A DNA stretch of 64,000 nt from Eledone cirrhosa (Eukaryota). Both the position numbers and the translations under genes were made by a program. The stretch is from NCBI GenBank assembly GCA_964016885.1, contig OZ024752.1, positions 14,508,001 to 14,572,000 of the forward strand. The letters run 5' to 3'. This document shows, in pieces, positions 12,648 to 26,500 of this stretch. The notes below the pieces were generated by a model. The model saw nothing but the letters and a program-made list of their open reading frames with translations. It ran no database searches and was not told the origin of the DNA. Each line of letters opens with the position of its first letter. Positions within the stretch are counted from its first letter, which is position 1.

Positions 12648-15584
12648 TGTATATATATAAAAGAGAAAATTCTGCCTGGCCTGTCCGTCTGTCTGTGTAC
12701 CCGCATGCATTTCTACATTTTACAACCGATTTGCATCAAATTTCATATATAGGTTTCTGAAGTTCTATTACGCGTCGTAGGTTATTTTAATTAATAAAAA
12801 AAGCACCATAACCTCGGAGTATATACTTGATTCTTACAAAAACTAAACGGAATGGTTATTGCCTGCAATAAGATAAAGCACTACACATTCGTTATCACTT
12901 GGATTTGCAAGGTATTTTGTGAGGGTAGTGAGCTCTTTGGACCACTTTTAAAGTTCATATTATGGTTGCAGCAAAGCATTTCAACTTCTGGAAATAAAAG
13001 TCAATTTAAACGAAGTTGACGCATTTGGTTACTCATGTCCTACAAATGGAGTAGCGAATTTTAAAATGCCCCTTACTTAACTTTAGTTTGTTTAGTTAAC
13101 TTAAGGTGATTGTATTCAATTTTGCACCCGGTTGCACCACAATTAATTGCGGAATGGAGAGTTAAGTATTTTCCTTGAACTTTGGCGTCATTGTTTTGGC
13201 GTCATTGTTTCCTTGAACATTGGCGTCACACTCCTAACCAAGAAAGCGCGATTTAACCCAGGTGTAAATTTTAACGCCTACTCTATGTGGATTGTGCTAT
13301 TTCACACTCATGCCTAAACTGTGCGAATGATTGATTAGTTTTTGCACCCGGTTGTCTCTCCCGTTTAATTGCACCTCAATTAAGTGCGAAATGGCGACCT
13401 CTGGCCAACCACACATCAGTGAGTTGTGTTCATTTGATTTCATCACACTTATTATTTAACCAATCAGACAACTCTAGTGTTGTTCATTGAGCGAAATCAT
13501 TCCTATTTATATCGGTTAATTCCGACCTAGGATGACACTTCTTTTTTGGCTTTTGACAAGTGGTAGGTTTTTTTTATATGCGTACTCTCATAAGCTACCC
13601 CATGATTCTGAAACGCAAGCTTCTTCAACATTTGATACCTTAAAGGAGGTTTAGTTAATGTGTTTTTGGTCATAAGGTTCCAGTTTATCATGCTGTTATT
13701 TTTCGGCCACTTTTACCTGTATCCTTTCAATGGTTAGCACTTACTTATTGCTATGTTCGAACTGAACAAACATACTGACACTTATATACCTACCACTGTA
13801 GCCACACTATTTAATTTCCTTTATCACAGGTAGTCCGTATGCTGCGTTGCCCCTAACTTAAAACCTGAAATTTGACTGGTACACAAAATCTTGCAAAGCA
13901 TACCCACTTTCTCAAACCACATAGATTTATCACGTTTTCACAATTTATATCCGTGTTTAGATTTGCTTTTAAACGTTATTTGTTCACTATTTATCGTTAT
14001 CCCTGGTTAATTTTCTAAAAACAATGCCTCCCAAGAAAAACATTTCATTGGTCGATTATCTAAGTAGGGACGCCACTGCAACAGCCGCTGCTCGCGCTCG
14101 AGAGGATGAAGGATGACGCAGCGTTCGCTGAATCAGGACGCTTCTGCAACAGCCGGTGCTCCCGCTCGAGAGGATGAAGGAAGACGCGCCGTTAGAAGAA
14201 GCAGGGACACCACTGCAACAGCCGCAGCTCGCGCTCGAGAGGATGAAGGACGAAGTGCCGTTCGACCAAGCAGGGAAGCCGCTTCCACTGCTGCTGCACG
14301 AAATACTGAAACCATAGAGCAACGACGTGGCCGACCTCTGCAAAGTGAACAGCGGCGATCATCGTTACGTGGTATTTCTAGGCCTTGCAATTCACGATGG
14401 TTGTTGAAGGCCTTTAACTACGCCCCCTCCTCCTGTCTAGGTTGTGGAAACCTGCAAGTCTACAAGTCCCTTGACTGTATGGTTGATCCGGACGAAGTTG
14501 TAAATTACCCCACAGAATTTCTTAACTCACTAGACTCTCCCGGATTGCCACCACACTTACTGCGGCTTAAGAAAGGTGCCCCTGTCATGCTCCTCAGTAA
14601 TTTGGAACCCCGAAGGCTTTACAACGCCACGCGTGTGGTCGTCCGAAAGGCGATGCCTCATGTTATTGAGGCAACAATACTTATAGGATATGGTAAGGGG
14701 GCTTTTGTCTTCATACCAAGGATACCTCTCATTCCATCCGGTAAAGACATTCCTTTCACATTCAGAAGGCTGCAGTTCCCTCTCCGACCCAGTTTCCCCA
14801 TGTCGATTAACAAATCACAGGGTCAGACGCTGTCGGTTGTATGGCTTAATTTATGAGAACCGTGCTTCTCCCATGGTCAAATATATGTTGGCTGATCTTG
14901 AGTGGGGAGCCGAGATAACCTATTTGCTTTTGCAACTCGCGAGAAAACCCGAAATATAGTCTATAAGGAAGTTTTGTAGGCACCTCTCCGCCAACAAGTA
15001 ATGGCTGTTTTTTTTTTTTTTTTTCTGTATCCGTGTGGTATTTTTGCCCTTTTGACAATACCACGAACGCCTCTGAGGTTGCTTTTGCTATACGTTATAA
15101 ATGTTTAATTTCTCTGTTTTTCGCATTTTTATGTTGCTATTACGCTTTGCTCTCGATGTTCCGTAGTTTTAACCTAAATAATTTACTTGTTCCTACATCT
15201 TATTTACACATTACACATTTTTTTACATTCCAGCGTGATCTTGCCAAGCCGTTTTTGTGGCCACCGACCGTTACATGCTTTTCTAGGTTACAATCTCAAA
15301 TAACAAGCAAAACAAATACGACAGACCAAAATCGTGTGAAGGATTTCTTAAGGGTCACCACCTCTAATAGGGGTCGTCTTTGCTGACAGCTCTGCCGCTG
15401 GGACTTTTAAGAGTGAACGATCCAAGGCCCACTTCAGGGCCACCAGGTTTAAATTGTTACCATCGGATTCATCTTTGCTGGCAGCAACGCCGCTGAGATA
15501 TTTCAAAGTGAATGTTAAAAGGTCCTCTTCAGGGCCACCAACTATACATTGTTATCGCTGGATTCGTCTTTGCTGGCAGCACCG
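12648..15584 (+). mobile_element. Internally deleted non-autonomous Helitron, related to the 44159-50256 element
   Basis: The 5' terminus matches 44159-44300. The N-terminal repeats match 45075-45339 and join at ~14433-14445 directly to the helicase C-terminus matching 48886-49419. The 3' UTR matches ~49420-50000. The 3' terminus is missing. Confidence 0.88.
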
Positions 15585-15586
15585 CT

Positions 15587-16167
15587 GATCAGCCAGATTT
15601 GCATATCAGCAGACTGGCCAGTCAGTTTCCTGTATACGAACGATAAATAGCCGGCTTTGCCAAATTCAAAGAAAAAAGAAAATTTCGCTCTACGTGAATG
15701 AATACAATAAATGTAATCTGAGTTTTTAGAATATTAACAAAAACATTCGATTCGTTTGCAATTTTGCAAACAAGCCTCAATTCTATAGCCATGTCAGTAG
15801 AATGAACACTTCATTCTTGCTCTTTTGTTGGCATGCGAACAGAACGGCTGATCAGTGGATATCCTAATATGCAGATCTGACTGATCGGCCAGTCTTCTAA
15901 TATGCAAATCAGGCCGATCAGTCACTGTGTATTTTTGAAAATAGCATATATTTTCACTAGCTCTGTCAGTTTGGCAGGTAAACAGTGCGCTGTACTGATG
16001 AAGGGAGATACCCAGAAACAATAGTGTCTGCAGTTCTGTTCGCATGCCAACATAAGACCAAGAATGAAGTGTTCATTCTACTGACATGGCTATAACATTG
16101 AGGCTTGTTTGCAATATTGCAAACGAATCGAATGTTATTGTTTATATTCGAAAAACTCAGATTACAT
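15587..16167. repeat. Nested inverted repeats, probable PLE pLTR remnant (e.g. ~15711-15845 vs ~16033-16167)
   Basis: Diverged reverse-complement arms ending at (TA)n, with an HHR between them. Confidence 0.75.
15990..16033 (+). ncRNA. Type I hammerhead ribozyme
   Basis: ctgta CTGATGA a-ggg-agata-ccc-a GAAA ca-atag-tg TC tgcag. Stem I extends via aacag/ctgtt; the cleavage triplet is GUC. Confidence 0.8.
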
Positions 16168-16293
16168 CTATATATATATATATATATTAATCAATGAAAA
16201 ATAAGTTAGTTGATTTGTATTCAACTGATTCTTATATATAACAGATGCCAAGCACTCAACGGTATGCATTTATACGGGGTATTATTATAATAA

Positions 16294-16412
16294 TTGTTTC
16301 TACTTTTGGCACAAAGCCAGCAATTACTGGTCCTTTATTTTATCGACCCCGTAAGGATGAAAGGAAAAGTTAACCGCGGCGGAATTTGAACTCAGGCCAT
16401 AAAGGGACGTAA
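16294..16412 (-). mobile_element. tRNA-derived SINE fragment (cephalopod-type family)
   Basis: Minus-strand B-box GAGTTCAAATTCC followed by the conserved ctttcatcc..ggggtcgataaa..accag body. Related copies lie at 50760-51170 and 56028-56190. Confidence 0.75.
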
Positions 16413-17157
16413 TAATTTTCGCATCATAATCTTCAATCTCAATGCCAAAATACATTAGAAATTATCTTTGTTTTTGTTGTGTCTATTGTCACATCATTAG
16501 AAATCAATTACTTCGGTAATCTGTGTAACAACTAGAATTCGTGGGTGATTATCATTTGAAATTCTTCCGTCTAATAATAAAATGCTCTTCTATATTAAAC
16601 GAATTTAACAATTTGAATATACAATTACCTACACCATTCAATACACATATCCCTTAGAATTTCTAAAAACCATATCGAATACATGTAACTGGGAAAAAAA
16701 GAAACGTTTTACATGTTAAATTAAACAAATATATAGGGCTACATAAACATATGTTTTCATATAATCATGTATACACAGAAATGTTCAGCTCAATATAGAT
16801 CCAGACTGGCAGACTCTGAAATAGATTGGCTCGTGGTTCCGGTGAAAATGAAAGGCTAATTCCTTCCAATGGAATATAGCATGTGGTAACGGTAAGCAGT
16901 AGGCCAAAATATTTCGAACGTTGTAGGCTCGAAATCTTAATCAAAGAGGTTTAATTAAGACACAGCTGCATAGTTTATATGTGATTTGCATTTATAAGCT
17001 CGCATATCTGCCCAGATGTCGAAAGAGAGTTAGAAGCCGTTATTTTGATTGTACACTGAGCTGATCGATTTGTAATCTGTGGTAATATGCAAATAAAGTC
17101 GGTACATATACTGCAACCCTACTACGATTCTACTTAATCTCTCTCTCTCTCACTCTC

Positions 17158-17194
<37 letters not shown>

Positions 17195-17334
17195 GATAAT
17201 AAGTTATCGTTATAGTTATTCCAGTTAGAGGTTGTGAGTACTCTGAGTCGTGGATAGTTTCAACGTACGGTAGTTATACAGCGAGTTCGCGGTAATTTCT
17301 ATGAAGATTATACTTGGAGTAATACTAGTTAAAC

Positions 17335-17648
17335 AATGAAGATTGACATGTTTGGCTGTACAATAAGGGCTTTATTTAAAGTACTGACAATTGTTTCGTT
17401 GATCGTGTGGGTCTAGAGTTCGATAGTCGCTTGAGGTTGTAGTATTCGATCCCCAATACATTATTCACCTCTGGTCAATACATCAGAGTACGTACTCTGA
17501 TGTATTGACCAGAGGTAAATTATGTATTGGAGATCGAATAACGCAACCTCAGGCGACTATCGAACTCTAGACCCACACGATCAACGAAACAATTGTCAGT
17601 ACTTTAAATAAAGCCCTTATTGTACAACCAACCATGTTAATCTTCATT
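17335..17648. repeat. 314-bp near-perfect palindrome of head-to-head HHR-containing arms
   Basis: Centre agagtac|gtactct at 17491/17492. Each arm reads gtact CTGATGT...GAAA caattg TC agtac. Confidence 0.9.
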
Positions 17649-17707
17649 CTTTAAATATATATATATATATATATATATACATAGAGAGAGAGAGAGAGAG
17701 AGAGACA

Positions 17708-17915
17708 GAAGGCACGCGGCCTAGTGGTAAGTGTGTTGGACTTACGATCAAAATATCGGTTGCGTATTGTGTTCTTGAGCAAAACACTTAATTTCACGTT
17801 GCTCCAGTATACTCAGCTGAAAATGCGTACCACCAATAGCTGGGAGTTTAATCCAGCGCTGGACTCTCAGTCGCTTCACGCCATAAACCCGGGATACACC
17901 CCGGCTAAATGAGTC
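17708..17915 (+). mobile_element. tRNA-derived CORE-type SINE
   Basis: A-box-like ggcctagtggtaag and CORE-like gtgttcttgagcaaaacacttaa. A related copy lies at ~42976-43290. Confidence 0.65.
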
Positions 17916-17969
17916 TTCTGGCTTCAGACAGATTTTAGACTTATATATATATATATATATATATATATG

Positions 17970-18031
<62 letters not shown>

Positions 18032-18577
18032 TAGATTGATAAAGAGAGAGATATGTTTGTAGAAAAAATTCAAGGAGATGATTCTCGTGTTTAATTTAAC
18101 ATAACTTTCTTAACAATACCTATTTTGTTTTAGAATATGGAATATATTTTCGAAATTTTAGATTATGATTAAACTGATGAAATATATTTTTTCGATGCTG
18201 TTGAGAGCAATATGTTGCGATTACTTGGAAATATAGAAGGAACATAATACTTTTATTATAGTTTTATTCTTCCGATTGAAAAAATTGTATTACTTTCAAT
18301 TCGAGAATATTGTAGGAAAAATGTAAAGTCGGAAGTACGTTATCATGATTTGTACTATCATAACGATAATGAATATTATCAATAAATATTATGATAAGCA
18401 TGATGATGATGTACGTCATTTTCTAAATCAACATCATGTCATCTGTAAAATCAGCAATCGCATTAAAAAAGCGGACTTTCAGAAAATTTCATAAATAGAA
18501 TGCATCAACAGAGTTATGGTGGAAAAGAGTCTGCATCCGCAGTGTAATGTTGTACAGAAGGTATATCATATTATACA

Positions 18578-20540
<1,963 letters not shown>

Positions 20541-23500
20541 ATAAAAACAAATAACGAAACGAAATTAAATTTCGTTTCGTTTGTAACTCACTTTTGTATG
20601 ACTGGCGCTTAAACAATTAAGTTAAAAATGTACATCCACATATGTATACTGAAATACTAGTATGCATATGAATACACACACGTGTACATATGTAGATGTA
20701 CCGAGTTTTCACTGGTCACTTTACTGTGAGTGTCCAGCTATTCCGTATGTAGACACACAGACAAACCGGTTCTTAGAGTCATACTGGTTTTTGAGGAAAC
20801 ACCTTTCCTCTATTCTCCAGAAAGCCAGACAAGGAATATTGGACTAGTTTCGATGTTGTTACATCTCATCAGCAATATTTACCTATCTTCCGGCTTCTCT
20901 AGAGAATCGTGAAAGCACATATCGTTATATGCTTTTTCTATGAAAATTAGTAGTGGGCAGACCAATTTGCATAGAGCGTGAGTACGTACCGGTTCAACGG
21001 AGACGATAAAAACAAATAACGAAACGAAATTAAATTTCGTTTCGTTTGTAACTCACTTTTGTATGACTGGCGCTTAAACAATTAAGTTAAAAATGTACAT
21101 CCACATATGTATACTGAAATACTAGTATGCATATGAATACACACACGTGTACATATGTAGATGTACCGAGTTTTCACTGGTCACTTTACTGTGAGTGTCC
21201 AGCTATTCCGTATGTAGACACACAGACAAACCGGTTCTTAGAGTCATACTGGTTTTTGAGGAAACACCTTTCCTCTATTCTCCAGAAAGCCAGACAAGGA
21301 ATATTGGACTAGTTTCGATGTTGTTACATCTCATCAGCAATATTTACCTATCTTCCGGCTTCTCTAGAGAATCGTGAAAGCACATATCGTTATATGCTTT
21401 TTCTATGAAAATTAGTAGTGGGCAGACCAATTTGCATAGAGCGTGAGTACGTACCGGTTCAACGGAGACGATAAAAACAAATAACGAAACGAAATTAAAT
21501 TTCGTTTTGTTTGTAACTCACTTTTGTATGACTGGCGCTTAAACAATTAAGTTAAAAATGTACATCCACATATGTATACTGAAATACTAGTATGCATATG
21601 AATACACACACGTGTACATATGTAGATGTACCGAGTTTTCACTGGTCACTTTACTGTGAGTGTCCAGCTATTCCGTATGTAGACACACAGACAAACCGGT
21701 TCTTAGAGTCATACTGGTTTTTGAGGAAACACCTTTCCTCTATTCTCCAGAAAGCCAGACAAGGAATATTGGACTAGTTTCGATGTTGTTACATCTCATC
21801 AGCAATATTTACCTATCTTCCGGCTTCTCTAGAGAATCGTGAAAGCACATATCGTTATATGCTTTTTCTATGAAAATTAGTAGTGGGCAGACCAATTTGC
21901 ATAGAGCGTGAGTACGTACCGGTTCAACGGAGACGATAAAAACAAATAACGAAACGAAATTAAATTTCGTTTCGTTTGTAACTCACTTTTGTATGACTGG
22001 CGCTTAAACAATTAAGTTAAAAATGTACATCCACATATGTATACTGAAATACTAGTATGCATATGAATACACACACGTGTACATATGTAGATGTACCGAG
22101 TTTTCACTGGTCACTTTACTGTGAGTGTCCAGCTATTCCGTATGTAGACACACAGACAAACCGGTTCTTAGAGTCATACTGGTTTTTGAGGAAACACCTT
22201 TCCTCTATTCTCCAGAAAGCCAGACAAGGAATATTGGACTAGTTTCGATGTTGTTACATCTCATCAGCAATATTTACCTATCTTCCGGCTTCTCTAGAGA
22301 ATCGTGAAAGCACATATCGTTATATGCTTTTTCTATGAAAATTAGTAGTGGGCAGACCAATTTGCATAGAGCGTGAGTACGTACCGGTTCAACGGAGACG
22401 ATAAAAACAAATAACGAAACGAAATTAAATTTCGTTTAGTTTGTAACTCACTTTTGTATGACTGGCGCTTAAACAATTAAGTTAAAAATGTACATCCACA
22501 TATGTATACTGAAATACTAGTATGCATATGAATACACACACGTGTACATATGTAGATGTACCGAGTTTTCACTGGTCACTTTACTGTGAGTGTCCAGCTA
22601 TTCCGTATGTAGACACACAGACAAACCGGTTCTTAGAGTCATACTGGTTTTTGAGGAAACACCTTTCCTCTATTCTCCAGAAAGCCAGACAAGGAATATT
22701 GGACTAGTTTCGATGTTGTTACATCTCATCAGCAATATTTACCTATCTTCCGGCTTCTCTAGAGAATCGTGAAAGCACATATCGTTATATGCTTTTTCTA
22801 TGAAAATTAGTAGTGGGCAGACCAATTTGCATAGAGCGTGAGTACGTACCGGTTCAACGGAGACGATAAAAACAAATAACGAAACGAAATTAAATTTCGT
22901 TTCGTTTGTAACTCACTTTTGTATGACTGGCGCTTAAACAATTAAGTTAAAAATGTACATCCACATATGTATACTGAAATACTAGTATGCATATGAATAC
23001 ACACACGTGTACATATGTAGATGTACCGAGTTTTCACTGGTCACTTTACTGTGAGTGTCCAGCTATTCCGTATGTAGACACACAGACAAACCGGTTCTTA
23101 GAGTCATACTGGTTTTTGAGGAAACACCTTTCCTCTATTCTCCAGAAAGCCAGACAAGGAATATTGGACTAGTTTCGATGTTGTTACATCTCATCAGCAA
23201 TATTTACCTATCTTCCGGCTTCTCTAGAGAATCGTGAAAGCACATATCGTTATATGCTTTTTCTATGAAAATTAGTAGTGGGCAGACCAATTTGCATAGA
23301 GCGTGAGTACGTACCGGTTCAACGGAGACGATAAAAACAAATAACGAAACGAAATTAAATTTCGTTTCGTTTGTAACTCACTTTTGTATGACTGGCGCTT
23401 AAACAATTAAGTTAAAAATGTACATCCACATATGTATACTGAAATACTAGTATGCATATGAATACACACACGTGTACATATGTAGATGTACCGAGTTTTC

Positions 23501-26500
23501 ACTGGTCACTTTACTGTGAGTGTCCAGCTATTCCGTATGTAGACACACAGACAAACCGGTTCTTAGAGTCATACTGGTTTTTGAGGAAACACCTTTCCTC
23601 TATTCTCCAGAAAGCCAGACAAGGAATATTGGACTAGTTTCGATGTTGTTACATCTCATCAGCAATATTTACCTATCTTCCGGCTTCTCTAGAGAATCGT
23701 GAAAGCACATATCGTTATATGCTTTTTCTATGAAAATTAGTAGTGGGCAGACCAATTTGCATAGAGCGTGAGTACGTACCGGTTCAACGGAGACGATAAA
23801 AACAAATAACGAAACGAAATTAAATTTCGTTTCGTTTGTAACTCACTTTTGTATGACTGGCGCTTAAACAATTAAGTTAAAAATGTACATCCACATATGT
23901 ATACTGAAATACTAGTATGCATATGAATACACACACGTGTACATATGTAGATGTACCGAGTTTTCACTGGTCACTTTACTGTGAGTGTCCAGCTATTCCG
24001 TATGTAGACACACAGACAAACCGGTTCTTAGAGTCATACTGGTTTTTGAGGAAACACCTTTCCTCTATTCTCCAGAAAGCCAGACAAGGAATATTGGACT
24101 AGTTTCGATGTTGTTACATCTCATCAGCAATATTTACCTATCTTCCGGCTTCTCTAGAGAATCGTGAAAGCACATATCGTTATATGCTTTTTCTATGAAA
24201 ATTAGTAGTGGGCAGACCAATTTGCATAGAGCGTGAGTACGTACCGGTTCAACGGAGACGATAAAAACAAATAACGAAACGAAATTAAATTTCGTTTCGT
24301 TTGTAACTCACTTTTGTATGACTGGCGCTTAAACAATTAAGTTAAAAATGTACATCCACATATGTATACTGAAATACTAGTATGCATATGAATACACACA
24401 CGTGTACATATGTAGATGTACCGAGTTTTCACTGGTCACTTTACTGTGAGTGTCCAGCTATTCCGTATGTAGACACACAGACAAACCGGTTCTTAGAGTC
24501 ATACTGGTTTTTGAGGAAACACCTTTCCTCTATTCTCCAGAAAGCCAGACAAGGAATATTGGACTAGTTTCGATGTTGTTACATCTCATCAGCAATATTT
24601 ACCTATCTTCCGGCTTCTCTAGAGAATCGTGAAAGCACATATCGTTATATGCTTTTTCTATGAAAATTAGTAGTGGGCAGACCAATTTGCATAGAGCGTG
24701 AGTACGTACCGGTTCAACGGAGACGATAAAAACAAATAACGAAACGAAATTAAATTTCGTTTCGTTTGTAACTCACTTTTGTATGACTGGCGCTTAAACA
24801 ATTAAGTTAAAAATGTACATCCACATATGTATACTGAAATACTAGTATGCATATGAATACACACACGTGTACATATGTAGATGTACCGAGTTTTCACTGG
24901 TCACTTTACTGTGAGTGTCCAGCTATTCCGTATGTAGACACACAGACAAACCGGTTCTTAGAGTCATACTGGTTTTTGAGGAAACACCTTTCCTCTATTC
25001 TCCAGAAAGCCAGACAAGGAATATTGGACTAGTTTCGATGTTGTTACATCTCATCAGCAATATTTACCTATCTTCCGGCTTCTCTAGAGAATCGTGAAAG
25101 CACATATCGTTATATGCTTTTTCTATGAAAATTAGTAGTGGGCAGACCAATTTGCATAGAGCGTGAGTACGTACCGGTTCAACGGAGACGATAAAAACAA
25201 ATAACGAAACGAAATTAAATTTCGTTTCGTTTGTAACTCACTTTTGTATGACTGGCGCTTAAACAATTAAGTTAAAAATGTACATCCACATATGTATACT
25301 GAAATACTAGTATGCATATGAATACACACACGTGTACATATGTAGATGTACCGAGTTTTCACTGGTCACTTTACTGTGAGTGTCCAGCTATTCCGTATGT
25401 AGACACACAGACAAACCGGTTCTTAGAGTCATACTGGTTTTTGAGGAAACACCTTTCCTCTATTCTCCAGAAAGCCAGACAAGGAATATTGGACTAGTTT
25501 CGATGTTGTTACATCTCATCAGCAATATTTACCTATCTTCCGGCTTCTCTAGAGAATCGTGAAAGCACATATCGTTATATGCTTTTTCTATGAAAATTAG
25601 TAGTGGGCAGACCAATTTGCATAGAGCGTGAGTACGTACCGGTTCAACGGAGATGATAAAAACAAATAACGAAACGAAATTAAATTTCGTTTCGTTTGTA
25701 ACTCACTTTTGTATGACTGGCGCTTAAACAATTAAGTTAAAAATGTACATCCACATATGTATACTGAAATACTAGTATGCATATGAATACACACACGTGT
25801 ACATATGTAGATGTACCGAGTTTTCACTGGTCACTTTACTGTGAGTGTCCAGCTATTCCGTATGTAGACACACAGACAAACCGGTTCTTAGAGTCATACT
25901 GGTTTTTGAGGAAACACCTTTCCTCTATTCTCCAGAAAGCCAGACAAGGAATATTGGACTAGTTTCGATGTTGTTACATCTCATCAGCAATATTTACCTA
26001 TCTTCCGGCTTCTCTAGAGAATCGTGAAAGCACATATCGTTATATGCTTTTTCTATGAAAATTAGTAGTGGGCAGACCAATTTGCATAGAGCGTGAGTAC
26101 GTACCGGTTCAACGGAGACGATAAAAACAAATAACGAAACGAAATTAAATTTCGTTTCGTTTGTAACTCACTTTTGTATGACTGGCGCTTAAACAATTAA
26201 GTTAAAAATGTACATCCACATATGTATACTGAAATACTAGTATGCATATGAATACACACACGTGTACATATGTAGATGTACCGAGTTTTCACTGGTCACT
26301 TTACTGTGAGTGTCCAGCTATTCCGTATGTAGACACACAGACAAACCGGTTCTTAGAGTCATACTGGTTTTTGAGGAAACACCTTTCCTCTATTCTCCAG
26401 AAAGCCAGACAAGGAATATTGGACTAGTTTCGATGTTGTTACATCTCATCAGCAATATTTACCTATCTTCCGGCTTCTCTAGAGAATCGTGAAAGCACAT

